Of a DNA stretch of 64,000 bases, positions 23,614 to 34,800 are shown piece after piece. The stretch covers positions 1,312,001-1,376,000 of the forward strand of contig OY771555.1 in the NCBI GenBank assembly GCA_963674785.1, read 5' to 3'. The notes below the pieces were generated by a model that worked only from the letters and a program-made list of their open reading frames with translations, searched no databases and was not told where the DNA came from. This DNA comes from Caldisericia bacterium. GTDB lineage: Bacteria > Caldisericota > Caldisericia > JAAYUI01. The position numbers and the translations under genes were made by a program. Each line of letters begins with the position of its first letter. The first letter of the stretch is position 1.

Positions 23614-24973
23614 TTTATTGCTGGCTTTATCAGTAATAGTCGTACCTGCTGGGTATGTAACCCAGCAGGGCGAAGAACCATTAATTAGGGTAAAGCTTTC
23701 AAAAAATCCTAAAACATTTACCCTTGGTGCGACAGGAAAATTCAACATCAATGAGTACGCAAGTGGAAAAACGCTCTACACTGGTGAAGGTGTTTTGCAA
23801 TGTTCTTTTTCAGACTCTGAATCAATGAGTTTTTCAATCTTTGTTGATACCTTCTACACAAGGGAAGATGCAACAAATTTTGCAAAAGCAATGCAAACAA
23901 GATTCCCTGAAGAGGTAGAAGTTGCTATTCGAGCGGATGGCAATCTGTTCAGGCTCGAGATGGGAAAATACAAATCAGAAGAGGAAGCTCAGCAAGCCCT
24001 TGATACATATCTTTCGGATATTCCGAGTGCTGTTTTGGTTGGATCAATTGGTCTGGCAATTCGAATCGGTGACAAGCTGGTCTTCAGACCACCAACAAAC
24101 ATGGAGCTTCTAAATCTTGTAAGTATTGAAGCAATTGATGGACTTGTAAAATACAAGGACAAAAGATACAGAGGAACAATTACTCTCTGTATGAATGAAG
24201 AAACATTTTATGTAGTCAACAGATTACCTATGGAAGACTATGTAAAGGGTGTTACTCCTGCAGAGATGCCTGCAACCTGGGAGCTCGAAGCGGTAAAAGC
24301 TCAGGCAGTTTGTGCAAGAACATATGCAATAAGGTATGATAGTGACGTCCCAGCTTATGACATCTGTAATAATACTGATTGTCAGGTTTATATTGGGTAT
24401 GAACACGAACACAAAAATACCAATCTTGCGGTTGAACAAACTCGAGGAGAAGTTGCTGTGTATGATGGGCAGTTGATTGGAACATATTTCCATTCAACAT
24501 CTGGTGGAATGACAGAAAACTCTGAAAATGTCTGGGTTACTCCTCTTCCATATTGCAAAGCCGTTGATTCACCAGGTGAGGAAATCTCATCAAAACATAC
24601 ATGGATGAAAATCTATTCGATTGATGATTTTTCAGAACGTATTGCAAAAGCTTCTGGAAAAGATATTGGTAAGATATATTCCTGGAGGGTGCTCGAGCGA
24701 GGGGAATCACCAAGAATAAAGAAGTGTGAATTTACTGGAACGAATGGAAAAGTTACGGTTAGTGGTGGAAGTACTGAAAGAAAACTAGGGCTTTATGATA
24801 GATGGTTTGATGTTTTGTTTATTCCAGAAAAGGTTGTTGTAGTAGGTCATGGATGGGGTCATGGGGTTGGTATGCCACAATATGGGGCAAGAGCCAGAGC
24901 AAAAGAGGGAATGACCCATGAACAAATCCTTAAGCACTACTTCACTGGGATTGATGTGGTGAAGTGGTATTAA
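23579..24973 (+). CDS. SpoIID/LytB lytic transglycosylase with SPOR-like domain
   Basis: YRG, EDYVKGV.PAEMP.W.EA.KAQAV.ARTY, QVY.G, FHSTSGG, GWGHGVGM.QYGA; start revised to MGRCS signal-like sequence. Confidence 0.88.
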   Translation: MGRCSVLLLVTSLLLALSVIVVPAGYVTQQGEEPLIRVKLSKNPKTFTLGATGKFNINEYASGKTLYTGEGVLQCSFSDSESMSFSIFVDTFYTREDATNFAKAMQTRFPEEVEVAIRADGNLFRLEMGKYKSEEEAQQALDTYLSDIPSAVLVGSIGLAIRIGDKLVFRPPTNMELLNLVSIEAIDGLVKYKDKRYRGTITLCMNEETFYVVNRLPMEDYVKGVTPAEMPATWELEAVKAQAVCARTYAIRYDSDVPAYDICNNTDCQVYIGYEHEHKNTNLAVEQTRGEVAVYDGQLIGTYFHSTSGGMTENSENVWVTPLPYCKAVDSPGEEISSKHTWMKIYSIDDFSERIAKASGKDIGKIYSWRVLERGESPRIKKCEFTGTNGKVTVSGGSTERKLGLYDRWFDVLFIPEKVVVVGHGWGHGVGMPQYGARARAKEGMTHEQILKHYFTGIDVVKWY

Positions 24974-25019
24974 ACCGTATATACGTTTGTATGTATTTAT
25001 GATAATGAAAGGAGGCAAT

Positions 25020-26510
25020 ATGCGAAAATTCTCTATTTTGTTGTTGACTGCTGTTTTGATATTCGCATTTTTTGCACCAGCAAAACCGACAGAAGCGGTT
25101 GTTTTGAATCCGACACTTTGGATTTCTCCACAGAAACGATTGGTTGCCACGGGTTCAAGTGTTATTGTTGAAGTAAAGATAACAGAGGCAACTTTTTCAT
25201 ATGGTCTGAATTGCCAAATTGAATACGACCCTCAGATGCTTGAGATTGATAAAGAAAGTGTTATTGAGGGAGAATTCTACAGGCAAGATGGGGCACCGAC
25301 ATACTTTTTAAGAAAGGTTGACAACGTAAAAGGCTTACTGATTGTTGGTGTGTCAAGATACAACGATAGAAACAATTCATATGGTCCTGTCGCCGGGGAT
25401 GGGTTGGTTTTCTATTTTGTTGCAAAGGCAAAATTTGTTGGTGAGGCTGCCCTTTCATTTAACAGTGTCGATATGGTTAACCTTAGGTATCAGCAGGGAG
25501 AAACCTTTATGGAAGAGGTCTCATTAAAGACTGAGGAATCATTTATCAACTGTGTTGCCAAAGATAATGTTGCACCTGTTGTTACAATTACAAAATCCCC
25601 AACTCCTGAGACAAATGAAAACATTGGAAAATTCAAGTGGAGCGGAACCGATGACAGTACTCCTCCTGATAGAATCCAGTTTTCATACAAACTCGAAGAC
25701 CCGGTTGCAGGTGGGAGATGGTCGGATTGGGAATACCGAACAGATGCTGCTGTCACATTCCTTCGTGAAGGCAAAAATTGTTTTTTTGTGAAAGCAAGGG
25801 ATGAAAGAGGAAATGAATCAACCCCGGTCTCTTTGTGTATTGAGTACGATATGACCGGACCAACACTCGAACTTCAGCCATTGCCACCAGAGGTTTACGA
25901 TCCTACGCTTGAGGTTTGTGGGATAACTGATCTTCCTGAAACTGGTGTATCACTGCTTGTCAATGGAGCAAGAGTACCAATCAACAGCAAAGGTGAATTC
26001 TGTCAAACCTTGAGGTTGTTTATGGGCACAAACACGGTTCACGTTTCAGCAATTGATAAAGCAGGAAATATGGAACAGCAGTACTTCACAATCAACTACA
26101 TCACAAAAACAAAGGTCGAAATGTGGATCAATAATCCTAACGTTTTGATTGATGGAAAGTCTACAATCTGCGATCCTGCTCCATTGATTGTTGCGGGAAG
26201 AACAATGGTTCCTCTAAGGTTCCTAAGCGATGCATTTGGTATGGATATTGAGTGGATTGCAAGTAGCAGACAGATTGATATTACATGGTCTGAGGTAATT
26301 TCCGGTCAAAGAATAAGCCACAAGATGATGATGTGGATTGATAAAACCACCTATAATCTTGATGGTAAAACACAGGTCATGGATTCTCCTCCAACAATCA
26401 TCAATGACAGAACTGTTGTGCCATTCAGATTTATCGCTACAGCGTTTGGAGCCGAGGTTGAATGGGATGGTAATGAACGCAAAGTTACCATTGAGTATGT
26501 GAGAAGATAG
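25020..26510 (+). CDS. Secreted cohesin + Ig-like + copper amine oxidase N-terminal (stalk) domain protein, putative anchoring scaffoldin
   Basis: GGAGG SD; signal peptide; cohesin-like G.N..IEYDP..LE...EGEF...G.V.GDG.V...KAK..G; stalk repeats APLIVAGRTMVPLRF / PPTIINDRTVVPFRF. Confidence 0.75.
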   Translation: MRKFSILLLTAVLIFAFFAPAKPTEAVVLNPTLWISPQKRLVATGSSVIVEVKITEATFSYGLNCQIEYDPQMLEIDKESVIEGEFYRQDGAPTYFLRKVDNVKGLLIVGVSRYNDRNNSYGPVAGDGLVFYFVAKAKFVGEAALSFNSVDMVNLRYQQGETFMEEVSLKTEESFINCVAKDNVAPVVTITKSPTPETNENIGKFKWSGTDDSTPPDRIQFSYKLEDPVAGGRWSDWEYRTDAAVTFLREGKNCFFVKARDERGNESTPVSLCIEYDMTGPTLELQPLPPEVYDPTLEVCGITDLPETGVSLLVNGARVPINSKGEFCQTLRLFMGTNTVHVSAIDKAGNMEQQYFTINYITKTKVEMWINNPNVLIDGKSTICDPAPLIVAGRTMVPLRFLSDAFGMDIEWIASSRQIDITWSEVISGQRISHKMMMWIDKTTYNLDGKTQVMDSPPTIINDRTVVPFRFIATAFGAEVEWDGNERKVTIEYVRR

Positions 26511-26525
26511 AAAGGTAATGATATA

Positions 26526-29500
26526 ATGAGAAAAATTCTATCATTTGTTTTGACATTTTTGCTTATTTTTACAAGTTTTGTAATTTATCCAGCAGCAAAC
26601 GCTGGTAATGCTGTTTCAGGAAGTGATTGCTTTCCAACATACAAGGCGAATAACTTTCGTGATGGAGTTTATGGTGGCACACAGATAAATGCGCCAGAGC
26701 TCATACAGACATGGGAGTACAAAGGTAAAGCAAACCTTACAAATGCCCCGGCTGTTTGTGGAAACAGAATCTATCTTGCAGAAAACAGCAGGATGATGAC
26801 CTGTATTGAGTATCTTACAGGTAAAGTCCTTTGGCAGGTTGAAGACCTTGTCAACTTCCCTGTTTCAACCCCTACTGTTTGGCTTGGCAGTGATAATCAG
26901 TTTGTTTATGTTTCAACAGGTGGACAGATTGAAAGGGAATCCGTTCTTTATTGTTTCGATGCAAACACAGGAACTGAAATATGGAAATGGGAACCTAATA
27001 GAACAGGAACTGCAGGACAGATTTGCTCAGGTCCAACACTTGTCACATATGAAGATGGGCTTGAGGCTGGACAAGTCTGGTTGATTGTTGGAGTAAATGT
27101 AAGTGGAGGAACGGCACTTTTCGCACTTGATGCAAAAACTGGTGTTTTGATGTGGGGTGGTTCTGGAATTGGACTTGGTGCGATTTCTCGATCTGATCCT
27201 GTTATTGCTGAAGGAAAAATTTTTCAGCTCACAGAGGATGGAACACTTTTTACTCTTGATCTAAAAACAAAAGCTGTTATTGGTCAGACTCTTCTTAATG
27301 AATCTGATTTGTATGAATTCCACAATACACCTGCATATCACAATGGTGTTCTCTATTGTGCATCTCGTGGCAAAACAAATACTGATGAAAAAGGCAAGAT
27401 ATACATGGTCGAAACCGCCACAGGCGGTGTTTTGGGTAAGACCTATGGAATTGATCAATTCAATAAAGCTGGTCCAACCATATATGATAACGGAGAAAAA
27501 GTAACTGTTATTATTGGTTCAGATACCGGAAGAATCTATTCCTTTGATGGGAATGATCTCCATATGGTCTATAGTGTCAATATCAAAAAACCTGTCACAA
27601 CAGACATTGTTTTGAGTGGGAAATATGGTTTCTTGGGAGCGTCAAACAATTTCCTGGCAATAAATATCGAAACGGGTGGAACAGTTTTCTCACAGACTCT
27701 GGGTAACTCAATCACAATGCATCCAGTCATGACTGCAGGAATGGTATATGTTGCATGTAATGATGCGAAACTCTATGCGTTTTCTGATCATGATGACTTT
27801 GTAGTTGATGTGCTGCCTCGAACCGACACAATTTTCTCTGGTAACAAAAAATCATACACGATAGTTGTCACCGCGACAATGGACTTTGATTCTCCGATGG
27901 TTTTGAGAGCTAGCGGACTTCCAACAACAATCACAGCAACGTTCAGTAAACCATTTGTCTACCCTGGAATCGACGAGCAGGAAGTTGAGCTCACAATTGA
28001 GGCCGATGAAGATGCCTCACCTGGTAACTATATCTGCAATATAATCGGTGTTCTTCTTGGTCGCGAGAGAAATACAATTCTCCAAATCCAGGTTGTTCCA
28101 CCTCTCACCGGTGATTTCAAGATGTCAATCAGCCAAGATCAGCTTACCCCAATGAGAGAGATCGAGGCTGGTGATTCAATCTCATATCAGATAAAAGTTG
28201 AGGCAATTGGCGGATTCAACGCTGAGGTTGCATTCTTTGTAAATGATGAGAGTCTTCCATCATCAATTGATGTCATGTTTATGCCTGATAGACTCACACC
28301 AGATGGATATATAACAGCAATTGTCAGCACTGATACATCAACTCCTGCCGATAAATACAACATTGAAATTCAAGGACATGCTGGAGGAAAGGTTCGAACA
28401 ACTGCACTTTGGTTCACAGTTGGCGGATTTGATACAGATGACTGGCCGATGTTCCAGCATGATTACAACAGAACTGGTCAAGTTGAAGAACCATTCCCAG
28501 AAAATCCTGAACTTAGATACTCTGCTTATCTTCCATCCCTTTTTGATTTAGATATTGAAGAGGGTGAGATGAAGATCAGAACTCAGCCAATCGTTGCACT
28601 TGGTATGGTTTATGTTGTTGCTGAGTGGGAAGCTGATGAGGGAAGCGGAGATATTCACGAATCAGCAATCTTTGCTCTTGATGTTTCAACTGGTGAACCA
28701 AAATGGATGTATCAGTTTAACAAATCTGTTTCTGTTCCAAAATTTGGAAGCGATGATGATGAAAAATGGCCGGTTTTGAGTACTCCTGCAGTTGATGTTG
28801 AAAATGGAAAACTCTATGTCGGATCAATTGATGGTGCGTTCTATTGTTTTGATGGTGAAACTGGCTCAAAAATCTGGAGTAGAAACACAAATCCACTCAT
28901 TGATATCAGGGGATCAGTTTTAATTATTTATCCTGATAATGAAGGCATTAACTCAAAAAAAGTGCTTTTCCCAACAAGAACCGGGCATGTTTATTGCTTC
29001 TCTGGTGAAGACAACGATAAAAAACTTTGGGACAGAACACTTCCATCATATGTCTACAGTGGTCTGACATATGGCTACAATAAGGTATCAAAACAGGGAA
29101 TGATCCTTGCGCCATGTCATGATGGAAATGTTTACGCAATGAATGTTGAAAATGGCGACGATGTTTGGTCGTCTCCTGCAGGTGTTTACGAGTTTAACGG
29201 TGCCAGTACAATTGCTGTTGACTCTGATAAAAATGATTTCTATGTTGCAGGCATGATGGGGCCAAGAGGTGAATGTTTTGGTAATTCGCAGGTACAACGA
29301 AGATATCTTAGTAACGGGGATATGGGGCCATGGAGAGCAACATTTGGCCCAGTTTCGGGATCCCCCGCATTGTTCATCAATACAGCAGGTAAAACAGTAT
29401 GTCATGTGACCTCAAACCACGGTAAAACAAACAAGATTCTAACTCGAACCGTCAGATTATGGAGACTTGAACACGAGAATTTCTTAAATCTTCTTGACAA

Positions 29501-31721
29501 TGATGGAAGAGTGATTGGAAATTGGGGATGTGATAGTGATGAGCTTGATATAAACCACAGTTCAACAATTGTTGATTCTGAAGCCGGTTCTGTTGTTCCC
29601 TATAAAGATGGAACACTTTACGGATTTGACAAAAACGGAAAACAGACATTTAAGCTTGAAACAGAGCATCCTACAAAAGCTCATCCAACAATGGCAAGAA
29701 GAATGCTCTTCCTGCCAACAGAAGATGGGTACCTCTTTGCATGGGCAGAAAAATGGGGATTTGGACTTGCCCCTGAAACAGGAAGTCCTGTGCTTTGTCA
29801 GGGTACACCGATTTCTTTGAACATCCATTTCAGATCAGAGATTCCACTGCCAAGTGGTGTAAAATTCAAAGTAATTCAGGCACCACCAGATACAGTTTAC
29901 AGTTTTACACCAGAGACCCTTGGTTCATCTGGTGTAACTTCATTGTTTTTAAATGCTGGTCCGGGTTGCCCAGAGGGAACTCATACCATTATTATCCAGG
30001 CGGAAGGGGCAGGATTTAGAAGGGCAACAACATTTACTGTAACTGTCAGAAAAGAATCAGCGGGAGATTTCACATTCATCGCAGAACCCGCAAAAATCCA
30101 GATTTATGCTGGTGAACCCGCAGAGGTAGATTTTACAATCGATGCGATTGGCGGATTTGTAGGCGTTGTCCAGCTTTCAGTTGATGGGCTTCCAACAGGA
30201 GTTCTCGGTTCGTTCTCACCAATCATCACAACTGTTCCGGGTAGATCGAAGTATTCGATGAAGGTTGCAAAAAACCTCACGCCTGGAACCTATAACCTTG
30301 TATTTAAGGCAGAGGGTGGATGTAAAACAAAAACATTCCCAGTTGTCCTTGAGGTTGAAGCACCTGTCCCTGGAGATTACAAAGCCTATCTTGCAGACAA
30401 TAATGACAAAGATCAGATTGTGTGGCTCGGGGAAGAAATTGTCATCCCAATCTCAATTGAATTCCTTGACGGATACAACCTTCCTGTTAATTTTGAGGTC
30501 TTGAATATTGACGACTTCTCAACAACCCAGACCACCTTCAGGTTTGAACCTTCTGTAGCAACAGGTACAACAACAGTTAACCTGATAATTAAAACAGAGT
30601 TTACAGGTAGAGAAATTGATGGAAAACGTGTAATAATAAGAACAACATCAGGAAGGAAAGCACCAAAAACCCAAGTTCAATTCTTCCTTACTGTCAAAAA
30701 GACAGAAGGTGGATTTACAATAAAACCTGTAAATACGGCAAGCACAATCCAGCTTACGGCAGGTCAGTATGGTCTTCTCGTATTTGAATACAAAAACACA
30801 ACAAAGTTCTACACAACAACAAAATTCCATCTTGAGTTTGATGGCTCTGAGAGTGAAATTATCGAGTCCTGGTTCTATCCAGAACAACTTTCACCATCCG
30901 TTCATCAGCAGAATGTCGTTGCACTCTTCAAAACACCAAGGACATTCCTTGATAATGACCCTGAGGCTTTGGCAGCAGGATATAAGGAGTGCCAGATAAA
31001 TTGTTTTGGAATTGGTGGGGGACTTAGGGTTGGAAGCAGACCAATAACAGCAAGGATTTATGAACCAGGTCAAACAATGCAGAGGGCATATTTCTTCCCA
31101 GACTTTAAGGGGTTGAAGAATAAATCTGTTGATGAAATAGAAATACACATTGCAAATCTTGATAATGCAAATGTTGTTTCATTTGATGTCCTCTATGATC
31201 CACTTGAAATCGAAATTATTGGTGAAGCTATTGAGGGACCTCTAATGGAGAATGATGGATTAACCGCAACATTTAAGGGTCCTCCAGATGCTTCCATTGG
31301 GGTATGTACTATTTCTAGTATCAGAGACCAGGGTAATGGACCGGTTTCTGGCTCAGGTAAATTCTGCACTCTCAAAGTTAGAGGAACGATTGTAACTCAA
31401 GAAACCACAATGAAGATATGTAATCTTCGAGTTCTTGATGAGTTTAATGGTTATAAACCAATAACGGGACCGCTTCCAGATGTCCCGCCAACTCTCAGGC
31501 TTACAATAGCTGGTCACCTTCCAGGAGATGTCAATGGTGATGGAAAAGTTGACGATGCTGACCTTGCTCTCCTAAAAGAGGCATTTGGTTCAAAACCGGG
31601 CGAAAATAATTGGAATGGTGCAGCTGACTTCAATGAGGATGGTATAATTGACGGAATGGATTTGATTATCCTTTGTATGAACTGGGGTGCATCTCTTGGA
31701 GATGAGGGACCAGTTCCCTGA
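26526..31721 (+). CDS. Large secreted protein: two PQQ-like beta-propellers, about six Ig-like repeats, C-terminal cohesin and dockerin
   Basis: FPTYKANNFRDG and WPMFQHDYNRTG propeller starts; ALDAKTG..W repeats; GDF.../PG.Y Ig repeats; SFDVLYDPLEIE..GPVSGSG cohesin; GDVNGDGKVDDAD..ADFNEDGIIDGMD dockerin. Confidence 0.8.
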   Translation: MRKILSFVLTFLLIFTSFVIYPAANAGNAVSGSDCFPTYKANNFRDGVYGGTQINAPELIQTWEYKGKANLTNAPAVCGNRIYLAENSRMMTCIEYLTGKVLWQVEDLVNFPVSTPTVWLGSDNQFVYVSTGGQIERESVLYCFDANTGTEIWKWEPNRTGTAGQICSGPTLVTYEDGLEAGQVWLIVGVNVSGGTALFALDAKTGVLMWGGSGIGLGAISRSDPVIAEGKIFQLTEDGTLFTLDLKTKAVIGQTLLNESDLYEFHNTPAYHNGVLYCASRGKTNTDEKGKIYMVETATGGVLGKTYGIDQFNKAGPTIYDNGEKVTVIIGSDTGRIYSFDGNDLHMVYSVNIKKPVTTDIVLSGKYGFLGASNNFLAINIETGGTVFSQTLGNSITMHPVMTAGMVYVACNDAKLYAFSDHDDFVVDVLPRTDTIFSGNKKSYTIVVTATMDFDSPMVLRASGLPTTITATFSKPFVYPGIDEQEVELTIEADEDASPGNYICNIIGVLLGRERNTILQIQVVPPLTGDFKMSISQDQLTPMREIEAGDSISYQIKVEAIGGFNAEVAFFVNDESLPSSIDVMFMPDRLTPDGYITAIVSTDTSTPADKYNIEIQGHAGGKVRTTALWFTVGGFDTDDWPMFQHDYNRTGQVEEPFPENPELRYSAYLPSLFDLDIEEGEMKIRTQPIVALGMVYVVAEWEADEGSGDIHESAIFALDVSTGEPKWMYQFNKSVSVPKFGSDDDEKWPVLSTPAVDVENGKLYVGSIDGAFYCFDGETGSKIWSRNTNPLIDIRGSVLIIYPDNEGINSKKVLFPTRTGHVYCFSGEDNDKKLWDRTLPSYVYSGLTYGYNKVSKQGMILAPCHDGNVYAMNVENGDDVWSSPAGVYEFNGASTIAVDSDKNDFYVAGMMGPRGECFGNSQVQRRYLSNGDMGPWRATFGPVSGSPALFINTAGKTVCHVTSNHGKTNKILTRTVRLWRLEHENFLNLLDNDGRVIGNWGCDSDELDINHSSTIVDSEAGSVVPYKDGTLYGFDKNGKQTFKLETEHPTKAHPTMARRMLFLPTEDGYLFAWAEKWGFGLAPETGSPVLCQGTPISLNIHFRSEIPLPSGVKFKVIQAPPDTVYSFTPETLGSSGVTSLFLNAGPGCPEGTHTIIIQAEGAGFRRATTFTVTVRKESAGDFTFIAEPAKIQIYAGEPAEVDFTIDAIGGFVGVVQLSVDGLPTGVLGSFSPIITTVPGRSKYSMKVAKNLTPGTYNLVFKAEGGCKTKTFPVVLEVEAPVPGDYKAYLADNNDKDQIVWLGEEIVIPISIEFLDGYNLPVNFEVLNIDDFSTTQTTFRFEPSVATGTTTVNLIIKTEFTGREIDGKRVIIRTTSGRKAPKTQVQFFLTVKKTEGGFTIKPVNTASTIQLTAGQYGLLVFEYKNTTKFYTTTKFHLEFDGSESEIIESWFYPEQLSPSVHQQNVVALFKTPRTFLDNDPEALAAGYKECQINCFGIGGGLRVGSRPITARIYEPGQTMQRAYFFPDFKGLKNKSVDEIEIHIANLDNANVVSFDVLYDPLEIEIIGEAIEGPLMENDGLTATFKGPPDASIGVCTISSIRDQGNGPVSGSGKFCTLKVRGTIVTQETTMKICNLRVLDEFNGYKPITGPLPDVPPTLRLTIAGHLPGDVNGDGKVDDADLALLKEAFGSKPGENNWNGAADFNEDGIIDGMDLIILCMNWGASLGDEGPVP

Positions 31722-31738
31722 TTCAAATCTATAAACAT

Positions 31739-31768
31739 AAGGGCTTCCAAATATGGAAGCCCTTTTTT
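31739..31768 (+). terminator. Rho-independent terminator
   Basis: AAGGGCTTCCA-loop-TGGAAGCCCTT followed by T-run. Confidence 0.85.
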
Positions 31769-31842
31769 ATTGGATAAATATATAAAAACTTGCCAGTTTG
31801 CAGATAAGTAGTAAAATGAAATGTAAACAAGGAGGATCTGAA

Positions 31843-34800
31843 ATGAGAATCAAAAGTATTGCGTTATTGCTGGTTTTATTGTTAATTATGTCTCTTGTCC
31901 CACAGGTCATTGCCGTCGAAAAACCCTACAAGATTGACTCTTCAACAACCTGGACGGGAACGATCTCGGCACCCGATTTAGGATTCTTTCTTGATAAGGA
32001 TGTGACATTAACGATTGCTCCTGGAACAAAAATCCAGATGCAGAAAAACATGAGTGTCAAAGGAAGCATTGTTGCTATCGGTACACCTGATGAGCCAATC
32101 ATATTTACGTCGATTAATCCAACACCAAATCCCGGTGACTGGGGATTTTTTGAGTTCCCAGAAAATTGCGGGGAGTGTATTTTCTCAAATGTCATTTTTG
32201 AATATGGTGGTGCAGGTCCTGGTGGAATACTTAGGTTTTCAAGTGGTAATGGGATTGATGATAGGGTAAGACTTGATAACTGCACAATCAGAAATTCCTC
32301 ATCACAGGGAATATGGATGGCAAGTGCACAGGCGGTAATCAGGGAATGTACTTTTACCGATCTTAATGACCCTACTAAAGGTGTTGGAATCTGGATTCAG
32401 CAGGCATCAAAACCATCAATTACTGGTTGTCAATTTGAGCGATGTGTTATGCCTATCTGGAACGATTTGAGTTCATCATCTTATTACCTCGGAAACAAAG
32501 CCACAAACTGTGGTGTAAACGGTATTGTTCTTGGAACCGGTTCAGTTGATGGAAAATTGGTTTTATCTTCAACCATGCCATATGTTATCAGGGAAAAATT
32601 TATCGTTGGTGAAAAAGGTCAAATGCTCATCCAGCGTGGAACGGTCATTAAATCCTCTTCGATGGTCAATGTTTATGGAAAGATTGATATACGTGGAACC
32701 GAAGAAGAGCCAGTTATCTGGACTTCACTTAAGGATGATTCAATTGCTGGTGACACAAATGCCGACGGTGACAAATCGACACCTGCTTCTGGCGATTGGG
32801 GACATCTTGAATTTGCAGGTTCAGCACAAGCTGGGCTTCTAACGCATGCAAAGTTTTTCTATGGTGGTGGACTTGGTGATCAGGGAGCCGGATGGGGAAC
32901 TTTGAAGTTTGGAACAAAAACTGGTGTTGACAGCAGAGTAAAATTGTATTCTTGTGAAGTTGCCTACTCACAAACTGCCGGTATCTGGATGCAGGTTTCA
33001 TCGCCATCATTGTATGACTGTTATATCCACGACAATACAAACCCAGAACTCGGAACAGGTCTCACATTGACAGGAAGAAGCAAACCCATTGTTTTCAATT
33101 GCAGACTCGAAAATTCAACCTATGCAATCATGACAGATACGTTCTCCTATCCAAACGCAAAAAACCTCACAGTGACTGGAAACCAGTTCAACGTAATATA
33201 TTTCAAACATCAGGATACAACTGCGTCAGTTGAAGAAGATGCAATTTGGAATGCAGAACTTGTTCATTACATTCCAAATACGATTGAAATCAAACCCGAT
33301 GTAACATTGAGGCTTATGCCTGGAGTGATTATTAAGCTTGGTGATCACTTCAGAGTAAATGGTAAGATTGTTGCGATTGGTGAGAAGGATGCACCAATTG
33401 TATTTACATCACTTGCTGATGATTCACACGGTGGGGATAGTAATGGTGATTCTGATTTGACAAAACCTCTTCCAGGCGATAACCGTGGTGTCCAATGTCG
33501 AGAGGGAGACGGTCTTTCTGTATTCAAGTATTGTAAGTTCCTCTACGGTGGTTCGGGTGGGGCTGGTTGTATCTACCTTGGTCAGCCAATGAACAAAACA
33601 AATGAACAGATACTTGTTAACTGTGAGATGGCATACTCACTTGGCCCTGGTGTAAGTGTCAGATCAGGTAAGGTTGGACTTGAAGGCTGTTATATTCATG
33701 ATTGTGTAAGCGAGAGTAGCGGATGGGCTGCCATGATTGAGCGTGATGCAAATGTTACTTTTGTTAATACAACAATTGATAATTGCATTAATCTTTTCCA
33801 TATTGACCCTGAATCCAAACTCACAACCTTTGGAACAAAAACATCCAACATTGGTGGAAGCGTTTTGAAGGGTGGATATGCCGGAATCCATATCCTCAAA
33901 GGTAGATTGAAAGTTGACCAGGTTTGGGATGCAGAATTCCCATATATCCTTGATGGTCCATTCAGTGTTGAAACAGATGCAACCCTTACAGTCAAACCCG
34001 GAAATATAATCAAAACTCTCTCCTCAATTCATGCATATGGAACACTGAATTTTATGGGGACAAAAGAGGCTCCAATATATGTCACATCGATTCATGATGA
34101 TGAAGTTGGTGGAGACACCAATCTTAATGAGGATTATACTCTTCCTAAATCAGGTGATAGAGGGCAGATTGTATATGATGGTTCAAGCGGGAAATGCACA
34201 TTAACTCACACTGTATTTAAGTATGGTGGTGGGGATATTGGTAATGGTGTATTGAAGCTTGGTGACTTTACACCTGTCACATCTGATTTCCAGATGGAAT
34301 ATTGCACAATCACAGATTCAGCATCACAGGGACTCTACATGCATGGGTCAAAGCCTGTCATCAAAAATGTCATCATAAATGGTTGTAAAAATGAAAATGG
34401 TGATGGAATCGGAATAAAGATGACCGGAAACGCTGATCCTGTGCTCGAAAAAATAAGTTTTACAGATAGCGATTTTGCCATCAATAACATGACCGGAAGC
34501 GATATATGGGTAACCGATAGCTGGTGGGCAGACGCAACTGGACCATTCAATGAAGATTGGAATCCAGATGGTAAAGGCCTTCCATGTACTGGTACAATCC
34601 TTTATTCACCTCAGGCAGATTCCCCAATTGCAGATTGTGGTGCAGGTGCTATGGGTGGAGAGCTTCCTGAGTGGGTTAGACCTGAGCCAAAGATTGATGA
34701 GATTCCAGCATTACCAGGTGCTTTGAAAGTTGAACCAAACTTCATTTCTTCACATGTTGATTCAACCTTTGAGCTTGCCGTAATAAACGGAGTTGAACCA

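Noticed and set aside
26526-31721. PQQ-dependent dehydrogenase or BamB
   Set aside because: Only the propeller repeats are recognisable; the architecture (Ig, cohesin, dockerin) indicates a structural surface protein
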